Of a DNA stretch of 64,000 nucleotides, positions 10,001 to 19,434 are shown piece by piece. A program made the position numbers and the translations under genes. The notes under the pieces were generated by a model, which was not told where the DNA came from, searched no databases, and saw only the letters and a program-made list of their open reading frames with translations. Source of the DNA: Dudresnaya verticillata (taxonomy: Eukaryota); NCBI GenBank assembly GCA_977862235.1, contig OZ374566.1:558001-622000 (forward strand), given 5' to 3'. The first letter of the stretch is position 1, and the number at the start of each line of letters is the position of its first letter.

Positions 10001-13000
10001 CAACACTTTACCACCTCTGTTTCAAGAGGAATAATATACAATACAGATAAAATACAGTTGTTCCCAGATCATGAGCTGTGATGCTCAGAAATGACTTTCA
10101 GGTGGTCAGAGAAATAGCAAGCACTCAAATTCTTAACGGATATCTAACTTGCTTTATGTAATCTGCTTGCACCCAGTTACGAGCGTATTGCTGTTTCCAC
10201 CTGAGAGTAGGGGGTTGTTCTTACCCAAGGCGTTGACCCCAAAAGTGACTCTAAGACACCCTGATAGTTTCTCGGCTCCCCCAAAGTTCTACAAACTTAC
10301 CGTTATGACGTATTGTAACAAAGTGGAACTTCTTACCACCACATATGGCTGAAGTGTTGCATACGTCGACACGCGTCGATTTATGATCAAGTTGTGTTAG
10401 TATCCCATACGATGTTGCTTTTCTTTCTCAGATACCCTTTTAATTCGTTTCTATCAGGCAAGGAGCGGTGTCCAGTTTAACCAGGCCTGACCCTCAAAAC
10501 CCTTGTTGTCATTTTGCTTTCTTTGCGTAGAGATGCAATTATGTTTTACAGTGTTGGGCGGGAATCACTGTGCTTACCGTCAATTGTGGACTGTTGAGTA
10601 ATGCACCGTAATGCTTTTCAGAAAGGCATGTCTTTGATGAGCTAGGCTGGAATTCTTTACCCTGCCAGCCCAGGAGAACGTGGGCAAGCCTGTTTGGATA
10701 AGGAGATTGGAAAACAATTTTAAATTTATTTTCTCTGTCATTGTTAACGAAAAGATGAAGTGGCGACGTCCCAACAAGATGGCGCTGCAGTGCCGTGCAA
10801 GTGCTCTCTGTTTCTTCGTGTACAGTATTAAACTCTACGCATATAGAAACTGATACCTGTTTTAGCTTTTCGATAGTCAGCCTTCTCTAGGACCTGTTCC
10901 CCAAACAACTGGCAAATTTTATTGGAATGTAGGATCCAGTTTGCCACGTTTTGCAAGAAAATGAGGTTCTTGTCTTTGCAAAGCAGAAAAGATAAGAGAA
11001 AAACCCGATGACCTCAGTTAAGACGGTTTCTACAGTGAGGAGTTGCTTTCTAAGAAATCTGTTTTGCAGATGTCCTGGGTACTCCGCGTATGATTCGCTC
11101 CACATTGAATACTGCGACGACTGCTTCTGTGAAAGGTCATACTTTCAAGGACTACACCCGCCCGGAGTCAAAGCGACAAGTTAGTGCGGGCTTATTTCAC
11201 TGCGTGAAGATGTACAATTGCGCCCTTAGTATGAGGCTAGGAGTTGTACAGTAGTGTGGTGCTCAACTGCAAATCATCCGCGTACCCTTCTGCGCAAGGA
11301 CTTCCTCATTTTAAGCTGCCGTCTTGACCGTTAATAACTCATAGGATACATAGGGCGCGTTTCAATCGGCCAAAACTGTAAAAAAAATGCAGAACGTGCG
11401 AACTCAGAACGAGTGCTGAACAGTACGCTCTGGCGGAACGAACTAAAAGGCCCCTCACAATGAAGGATATACTGTAAAGTCAAAGTTATCCCATTACAGA
11501 AGGGTACCCTTCGAAAGGTATCTCCCAGGGGGAGCGGTCGCCGTAGTCGGTGGGGCAACCTGCCCCTGTCGCCCGCAGTTCATGTTTTTTATGTTTCTGT
11601 TTTACGACTGCCCCAGCATCGCCACCTGGCGACAAGTTCTGCGGAGCTGCAAGTTCGAACAATTCACATCCTACTCAAGAGAGTGTGCAACTGGGATGAG
11701 TGCCCTCCTTGGTAATTTATAGGACCCTTCCCATTCGATTACTTGAGGTACGGTAGAGGAGAGGCGTGAGGTTTCGTACGTAAGGGTACATCCGTTTTCA
11801 CGAAACATGGGCCTCTGACACGGAGCGTTCCACGGCGCTTTTGTGGGAGGAGGGACATCGACATTGCACCAGTCAATATTTTCTAATTATTCATGAAGTT
11901 TTATTGAATAATTGGAGTGGGAAGAGTCGGGGAGTGAATTCATCCCCAGCTGACAACTCATCACTGTCAGCTTCCTGGTAAGCTCGCCTGGTCTGACAGC
12001 TCCATGCTGCGCACTTGTTGGGGGCTGTCAGGAACCCGCTGTGCGGGGACTCGGGGTTCGAGCCTCGAACCCTTGCGAGACGCAACCAACTGCTGTGTGC
12101 TACTGTTGTGGAGCCGATTGTGCTACCTCCGCAGGCCCCTTCTTCTAGGCAGGTATATTTACCCTCAAGTACGGTATTGATGTGCAATTCAAGGAGGAAA
12201 AGCACGCTGCGAAGCAGAAGTGTTGGTGTTACACACTAGGGCTTCCGACACGTGAGAATAGAATTCTTCCTTGCGAAAGGACCTGTTTCGTCAAAGCCTA
12301 TAAACGAGAGTAATTAGAGCTTGCTTGCAACTCGTACTTGTAATGAAGCCTGTGGTCAGAAGACAACGTGAATGTATGTTCTGAAAAGGAAACAAGAAGG
12401 GAAACTACAACTTAAAAACGCTTTCTCCCTGAAGCATGTATGAGACTTGGAGAGAAGTCGGAAGACCAGTCAGTCCAAGACAGAGAGTTTGTAACGTTTA
12501 TTAGTGTGCCGAGATCCTGCAGAAGGAAGGAGGTCAGCATTGAATTGGAGATGAGCGTTGGAATCGCGCCAATTTGCGCTCAGAAGAACGATGATCTTGA
12601 GGGCGAACAAGTGCAGTTTGTGCAAACACCATTGATGCATTTCAAATGCATTGTAGCAACTTGTGTTTGGCCGTGATTACAGAACAGTGCAAAGCGTCGC
12701 CGTCACGAAATTCAGCTTAGCGTGTGTCACTGTGACTCACTTTCACACTTTGTGTCGCCTGCTGTGTGCATCGGCAGATTGCCTAGTGGCGCAAAACAGC
12801 AAACGTGGAAAACTGGAAGTTGCAAACCATGGTCGTTCCCGTTTTCGTCAAGTGTGTGCAGTCTGGTGGACAGGGACATGCACGCTAGCCTCCTCGGGCA
12901 GGTTAGTTGCGTTATGACAATCGTGGGCTGAGGGGAGAGAGATATATGGGGGATTGCGCAGTGAGCGCTAACGGCTCTGCAGAGCGCGAGGCCTGTGCCA

Positions 13001-13515
13001 ACTCGACTGACTCGAGACCACAAGCGCAGTGGCAGTGCACACACAGACACACACAGACACACACAGCTCCAACTTCACCGCTCGGCAGCGGTGACGTAAG
13101 CGTAAGCACAGTGGCGGAGCGAAAGAAAAATGACGCGGCGCGATCAAAATGAGACTTGTCCTGATCCGAGCGCCGTGTGCGCGGCCCGACAAACACCCCC
13201 GATTCGCGGGTTGATCTCTTCACACGAGAGACCCGCACACACCGCAAATTGAGCGCTGCCGCGCGATGCGTACATGCGTGGCGCCCTGCCGTGCCTCCGA
13301 GCGTAGCTCCACACCTGCCCGCGCCCCCCTTGCCACCTTCGCCGAGTCTGCCGCACGCACACCCCAGCGCTCCCGGCCTCGTGCCCCCGCCCGCCCACCC
13401 AACACCGGCCCCGTCCCTCCCGCCCTCTATCCCTCCCAAACCCTCCCGCGCCACGCCGTCCCGACCGCGCGCCACCACTCCCGTCCGCCCCGCACCACGC
13501 GGCCCGCGTCGCACC

Positions 13516-16500
13516 ATGTCGCCCACGTCCGACTGCGCCGCCACCGCGGGCCTCCCGGCCCTGCTGCGCCAGCTCCTGTTTGGCTTCCTTCCGTCCGTCC
13601 TCATGGGCCTGTTGGGCCTGCTGCTGGACGAGACGTCGCGCCTGTGCGCGCATCTCGCCCGCCTGTTCCGCCCTTCGCCGCCACCGCCCTCGTACGCTAC
13701 TGCCCTCGCTGCCTCCGCCAGCGAGGAGCCCGCACGCCCGCCTCCGCCGCTGCCGCCCCCACCGTACTACGCTGCTTCGCACCGTGAAGGCCCACCACAG
13801 TCGCGCGTCCGAACGGGCTCGGAGGCCCGAAGCGAAACGGGTGAGCACCTGCGAAGCGAAACCAATGCTGAGCGGCTAAGCGAAAGGCCTGCTTGGCCAC
13901 AAAGTGAAATTCCTGTCAAGCCGCACACAGAAACGCCATGTGAGGTTCGAGACGAAACGGGCCTAGAAACGAGAACGGAAAAGCGTGTCTTGTTGGGAAT
14001 TGAGTCTGCACGGGCGCCTCGTGGCGAACCGTCACGTCTTTCCACTTCAACCTTGCCGCCGTCGTCACGACCACCGCCTCCTCCGTACCCGGTCCCACCC
14101 GTCGCTGGAGAAGGAATGATGATTGATGACCTGAGCCTTCCGGGATATTTGCTGCCAAGACATGTTGTGCCGTCGGCCTCCTCATCCGTTACCCCGCCTG
14201 GCCCGCTTGTGTCCTCATCACAGTCCCCAGACCCACTCCCGATTGAAAAGCAATCACCATCACATTTGCACCCGGGGAAGGTACCCCCCATCCCACCACC
14301 GAGTACTGCACCACTTCCGCCGCCGCCGGTCACAGTCGAGGCACAACTCGCCTCACCACCGACTGGGCCATCGTCGCCGAGTCGCACAGAATCGGAAGCA
14401 CGGGGCTTAGCCGTTACTGGCGACTTGCTACGTCCACCACCAGTGGAAAGTGCAGCAACGCCAGCATGTTCATCTCTCACGACGCACCCGTCAGCGCGCT
14501 CGGCCCCAGCGACACCTGCTCAGTTACCCGACCAGAAGGCGACATCGGATACTGTACATTCATCATTGAATATCACATCTGCATTGCCGTCAGCTCCGCT
14601 CACTGCCATGCCAACACCACCCAAACCAGTAGTCACGAAGGAGACTTCCCCGGTATCATCGCTGATGTCAGCATCACCACTGATGCGACCACCACCATTA
14701 GCGGCACCGCCACTACCATCGATGACGATCAAGCCTACATCGTCAGCTGTGGTCAAGCCGCGACTCTTGTCAGTGAACACATCCCTAACGCCGTTGTCGT
14801 CCCCCGCTCCTTTACCGCCGATCCCGCCGGTGGTAGCTCGGTCGTTGCTGCCGTCGGCTACATCATTTTCAGGGTCGCCCTCAGCATCACTCCCAGATGC
14901 TCCTTCCTTGCCTTCACGCTCAACGACTGAGATGTCACTGCCAAAGCCTCTGAGCATTGCAGGAGATCGCCATCCAGTACACCCTTCGCAAATGCCGGTC
15001 AAGCAGCAAAAGCCAGTCCCCGCACGCCAGAGCCTTGTTGCGCAGCGAATTAATGCCTTTGAGTCATTCCTCGTGTGTGTTGAAGCCGAAAACGATGCAC
15101 CGCTCAAACTCCCATTGCCGGCTTCTCCACCGGATGCGCGTCCCGCTGTGCCGCACTCATCACCACATTGGGCGACAACGGCTAATCCTACCCTTCCGAT
15201 ATCGCCATTACCAGGGAGCCTGGCAGAATGCCATGTATCTCCGAGACGAGCAGTGGAACTGTCAGAGCCATCACCAGCTCTAGCATCATCGCACCCTAGT
15301 TTTGCTGGACTGAGCTCACCTAATCACTCGACTTCGCGAGCAAGATTGGAGGCCTGCCTCTCTACTAATACCTGTGAAATTGCTGAAGAAACTAGAGAGT
15401 TAAACTTTCGGGATCCTGGAGATATCGAGGAAGCTCTGGACGAGGGTGATAGGCCCTTGCAGGACCTTCTTGTGGATGTTGGTCTGGATGGAGACACTGG
15501 AATTGCCTCGCGAAGGCGGAGCATAGACTTGAAGAGATCCAAGGTCAGGTCCTCGGAGGCACCGGCAGGTGCGGATTGCTTGCAGGAGCTGATCCCGGAT
15601 GTGATTCATGATGCGCGAAGCAATTCTTCACCAAAAGTTATCACATCGCCGCTGCCTGCTGTGGAATCTGACCTCTTTCCGACCAACGAGTGCCCTGGCG
15701 AATTACCGGAGATGCCTGAAATTTCGCTGGATGACGAAACTATTGTTGCTGTAGAGAGCATGGAGCATTTCCCATCTTTCTCGTTCAGGAAGCGTGACTC
15801 GGATATGTCGCTCAAGACAGAGTCCTACTCATCACCAGATTCTCCAGTGCACAGCTCGCCCTTAGGCAGTAGCTCTCAGGTTCGGAATCGCGAGAGTTGG
15901 AGGGCTAGCGATCATGACCTTTTTTCGGAGGACCCGTTGATGAGCTGTGATGACATCGAGGAGAGTCAGCTTGGGACAGGGAAAAGAATTAGAAGCAATG
16001 GTTCCAGCTCACTTGGCGATAGTGGCGGTGTTAACTCACGAATAGCCGTTGAGTATGACAGTGCAAAGCTGTTATCAGGGCGTCGTTATCGCAGGAGTTC
16101 TTCCGAGGACAATTTGCTGAGCGCTTCCACGCCCGTGACTGACCCAAACGAGAGCAGCTGGCAGAAGCGATTCGTCCAAGTAGATAGCTTTGGAGATAGG
16201 AGGCGGCCGCAAAATACCCCGAAAAGCACAAGGGCTGTTCCGGAGAATCTCCTCTTTCGCCAGGCATCACTTGACGTAACAGCGCTAAGTTCTGCCAGAA
16301 CAACGCCGCAAGACAGGCCGCGAGCTGGACGAGTTGGATCGTGGTCGATTATGAATCGTTTCACTCCTTCGCAACTATCGTCCAAGGCCTCCGCAATAAC
16401 CCGGAGCGATCGTCATGTACCGGGAGGTCTTTCGAGGCGGTCTATCAGCACAAACGGGCACCGCTTTGATGACTGGCCAGAGTATGCACCCTCAACTGCA

Positions 16501-17229
16501 GAGGACTTGGCGAAACCTAGCCGGCATAAAAGTGACATGTCATATGGCGCTAAGGACAGGAAGATGGATATGCTGCCTGTCGAGCTGTTGAACAGCGGGC
16601 GACGTGAAGATAATTTTCCAGCACGATTTGGTGGGGCAGGAAGGAACAATTGGAAGAGGTATAACGGCGCATCTGCAGCCGAGGACTTTCCAGAACATAG
16701 ACCGAAAGGGGTGTTGAGCAGTATTTTGCGTCGTCGAAGGAAAGGCTCAGACCTTGATGAGACCTTCAGAAACAGAACACTAGGTAATGGAAGCATGCAT
16801 CGCGGTTTTGAGAATCTTCGCAAGGGCGGAGGGCGCGAACGAGAGTTCAAGTTCGAACTGTCAATGTCCCAAGAGGCATCCTTTGAGATGTTGCACAATT
16901 TGTGCCCGTCATGCGGGTTCAACATTATCGTGTCGAGGGCAAACTACAAGATGAAGATCGAAGTGCCTTTCGATGGACAGCATAGGCCGCTGCTTGCGTC
17001 CATTACGCTAAACAGTCTTTCTCATGGGCGTGGGTGTATGGTTTCAATGACTCGGTCCAAGGAAGATCAGTCTGGCGGTCCAGTTCGAGATATCCATGCT
17101 GCTGGACGTCTTCTTCATGAACGAATGACTCAGCAAACTGAATTTTTGGATGACTCGTTCCCTTCTCTCGTGTTGTTGGAGGACTCGGCGATAGAGTTGC
17201 GGGATAACGGTATTTTGGCCCGTGGGTAG
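13516..17229 (+). CDS. Large Pro/Ser-rich protein with an N-terminal hydrophobic segment, PPxY motifs and a C-terminal KA1-like domain
   Basis: Uninterrupted ORF of over 1200 codons; first ATG at 13516 (frame open from 13177); LLFGFLPSVLMGLLGLLL; folded-looking C-terminus containing NYKMKIEV, reminiscent of CIPK/SnRK C-terminal domains. Confidence 0.85.
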   Translation: MSPTSDCAATAGLPALLRQLLFGFLPSVLMGLLGLLLDETSRLCAHLARLFRPSPPPPSYATALAASASEEPARPPPPLPPPPYYAASHREGPPQSRVRTGSEARSETGEHLRSETNAERLSERPAWPQSEIPVKPHTETPCEVRDETGLETRTEKRVLLGIESARAPRGEPSRLSTSTLPPSSRPPPPPYPVPPVAGEGMMIDDLSLPGYLLPRHVVPSASSSVTPPGPLVSSSQSPDPLPIEKQSPSHLHPGKVPPIPPPSTAPLPPPPVTVEAQLASPPTGPSSPSRTESEARGLAVTGDLLRPPPVESAATPACSSLTTHPSARSAPATPAQLPDQKATSDTVHSSLNITSALPSAPLTAMPTPPKPVVTKETSPVSSLMSASPLMRPPPLAAPPLPSMTIKPTSSAVVKPRLLSVNTSLTPLSSPAPLPPIPPVVARSLLPSATSFSGSPSASLPDAPSLPSRSTTEMSLPKPLSIAGDRHPVHPSQMPVKQQKPVPARQSLVAQRINAFESFLVCVEAENDAPLKLPLPASPPDARPAVPHSSPHWATTANPTLPISPLPGSLAECHVSPRRAVELSEPSPALASSHPSFAGLSSPNHSTSRARLEACLSTNTCEIAEETRELNFRDPGDIEEALDEGDRPLQDLLVDVGLDGDTGIASRRRSIDLKRSKVRSSEAPAGADCLQELIPDVIHDARSNSSPKVITSPLPAVESDLFPTNECPGELPEMPEISLDDETIVAVESMEHFPSFSFRKRDSDMSLKTESYSSPDSPVHSSPLGSSSQVRNRESWRASDHDLFSEDPLMSCDDIEESQLGTGKRIRSNGSSSLGDSGGVNSRIAVEYDSAKLLSGRRYRRSSSEDNLLSASTPVTDPNESSWQKRFVQVDSFGDRRRPQNTPKSTRAVPENLLFRQASLDVTALSSARTTPQDRPRAGRVGSWSIMNRFTPSQLSSKASAITRSDRHVPGGLSRRSISTNGHRFDDWPEYAPSTAEDLAKPSRHKSDMSYGAKDRKMDMLPVELLNSGRREDNFPARFGGAGRNNWKRYNGASAAEDFPEHRPKGVLSSILRRRRKGSDLDETFRNRTLGNGSMHRGFENLRKGGGREREFKFELSMSQEASFEMLHNLCPSCGFNIIVSRANYKMKIEVPFDGQHRPLLASITLNSLSHGRGCMVSMTRSKEDQSGGPVRDIHAAGRLLHERMTQQTEFLDDSFPSLVLLEDSAIELRDNGILARG

Positions 17230-17574
17230 AAGAGCCCTTGGGATTTTTGTGATCGGCGTAAATTTGCACGTCCTGCATTGATCAGAGGCTGCTGCTGGGT
17301 TTGAATGGATGCCACGTGGCAAAGTCAATGTTTTCCGACTTGTAGAAACTGTATACAGTGGGCGCGAGATAAGGGGATGTCCGGTAACAGAATATGCGCG
17401 TTAACTGGATCCAAATTCAGTCCACCAGAATGGTTCCTGCGATATCAGCCAGCGTATGAGGACATGCAGAATAATGGATAACTGCATGCCCTAAGAGTTT
17501 GCTATCATACTTGGCCCGGCCAGAACCCCTTTGTATGATGGAAATAATTTGAAAGAATTTGCATTAAGTGAATA

Positions 17575-17814
17575 TTGCCGGGAAATGTTCAGCACAAGCG
17601 GCAACCCCAACATGGAGTCAAGCAGTACAATCTTTTTCCCACCCAAACCGCCGGCGACGGATTTCGCCATCAAGCAGGCCACCGGCACCTTCTCGAGCAG
17701 GAAGACGTTGGCGATCAGCAGGTGAGCATTCGGCTGCAGTCGTTGCAGCGCCAGTTGAAAAGGGCAGAAGCTGAGGGCCTTTCGCAGACCAAGATAACTT
17801 CCTTCTATAATTAG
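17575..17814 (+). pseudogene. Possible C-terminal remnant of a pogo/Tigger-like transposase
   Basis: Short frame ending in a coiled coil and QTKITSFYN*, a PIP-box-like terminus typical of pogo-family transposases; no DDE core visible. Confidence 0.3.
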
Positions 17815-18590
17815 AAGCAAAGGCAATGTTCTGGCCTCTGATTGGCCCGCTCGCCTAAAGCATATATTCGCTAAGTGGATGGTAAAGTATGCGACCCCAA
17901 ATATGCTCTTATCGCGCGCCCACTGTAGTATCATGTTTTGGGGCACAGCAACACAAACATGTTTACCAACATCTCTCTAAAGCTTATTGATCATGTTCGA
18001 GGTTGAGCAGGACGTCCATCCAGTATTCCGACGTGATTGTTCAGTGATGTCTGATCTTCAGGAGGCGCCAAGTCCGGTGACGGGATCAAGATCAGATGCG
18101 TAGGAGCTCCAATCCGGTGGCGCGTTGCGCAGTAACATTACTACACAGCTGATGAAAACGTCCGGTTCGCATGGACAAGAACCTGTACTATGCTCTGCAC
18201 TGATAGTTCGGGACGTCTCAGGTTGCAAGTGCTATCCCTTCTTCGAACAAATGCGAAGTTTCCAGCTTGATTCCATCTGAACTTGGCAAGGACGGCCGGA
18301 GTGATTCTGTCGGACATCGCAATAGGACGTGTCACAGGAAACATGCATGGCGTGGATCGTAAGGCAACGACATAGAGGCCCTCAAGTTGAGAGGCGGCTA
18401 TCTTGCGGTTACTAATGTAATGGCACTGAATGCTCACGCATGGGATGCAGACATACAGTAAAGTTTAGTTGTAGATCAACTGCCATTCATCCGATTTTAA
18501 TTGATCCAATAAAATGTGGGCACGTGGACCAATAGGATCTGCTTTTTCTGTCACAAGTTATGATCTGCCAACGATTTGCGGGATCAATAG

Positions 18591-18661
18591 GTGAATTCGG
18601 GAAGAACCACTCAACTATTCCACCACTCTCTTGGCCAATGAGAAGCCGTTAAAGTAGTTGC
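18591..18661 (-). repeat. Dispersed repeat copy 1 (probable TE end fragment), related to 52825-52894
   Basis: Reverse complement GCAACTACTTTAACGGCTTCTCATTGGCCAAGAGAGTGG...CCCGAATTCAC aligns by eye to 52825-52894 at about 59 of 71 positions. Confidence 0.75.
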
Positions 18662-19434
18662 TGTTAAAGTAGAGTTACTACTTTTGATCAAGTGTGGAGG
18701 GTGCGGCGACCCACTTTACCACTCGATATTACTTGGATATTCAAATGTCGATTTCCTTGATCTCTGACCTGGCAGACAGATAGCACAAGCTGCGGCGCTC
18801 GATGCTTCCATTTCAGCTGTAGTGGTCGTGCCTCGACAGTGCCATACCGAAGCGAAAGCCCTAAACAAGAAGCCTGCAGAAGCGGATTGGAGGTGTCGTC
18901 GTGTAGCGCGCATCGGGTGTTGCGGAAAGATGGCAACGGGGTACAGGCGCTGACCTCGAGCTGTATCTACAGTACAAGGGCGGGCGGGGAATGGGATGGT
19001 TAAAGGAGGAATGGCCACATGCAGTAGCCGCTACCCACGGTGCCGTAAGTGGTGGTCGAGTGGTGCCAACTTTATTCCCCACGCCTCACCACTTGTGGTA
19101 GAGTGGTGAAGTGGAAATTCTGAAATCATCCTATGAATACAGTACAATGTACAGTGCAGCTACCCTCGGCTCCTTGGCACAGATAGGTGCGAAGCCCCGC
19201 AGCCCCGTTTTTCTTTCACACCCTCAACCGTGACGTACCTCATGGCTTTATCGCGCTCGCCTCTGAGACTCAAACCCTTGTTCCTTGTTCAGTTCAACAC
19301 AACGGTGCCGAGGTGACTGCCGGGTCGTATGCTGTGAACTTCGCGAACACGTGCCGTTTCCTCCCGCCATCATCTTCAAGCAAGCACGACAACGCTGCGC
19401 AACTGCGTCTTCAAACGCTCGCAATTCTCCAATC

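Noticed and set aside
18686..18696. GATCAAGTGT resembling U2 snRNA
   Set aside because: The branch-pairing GTAGTA and the U2 5' stem are missing
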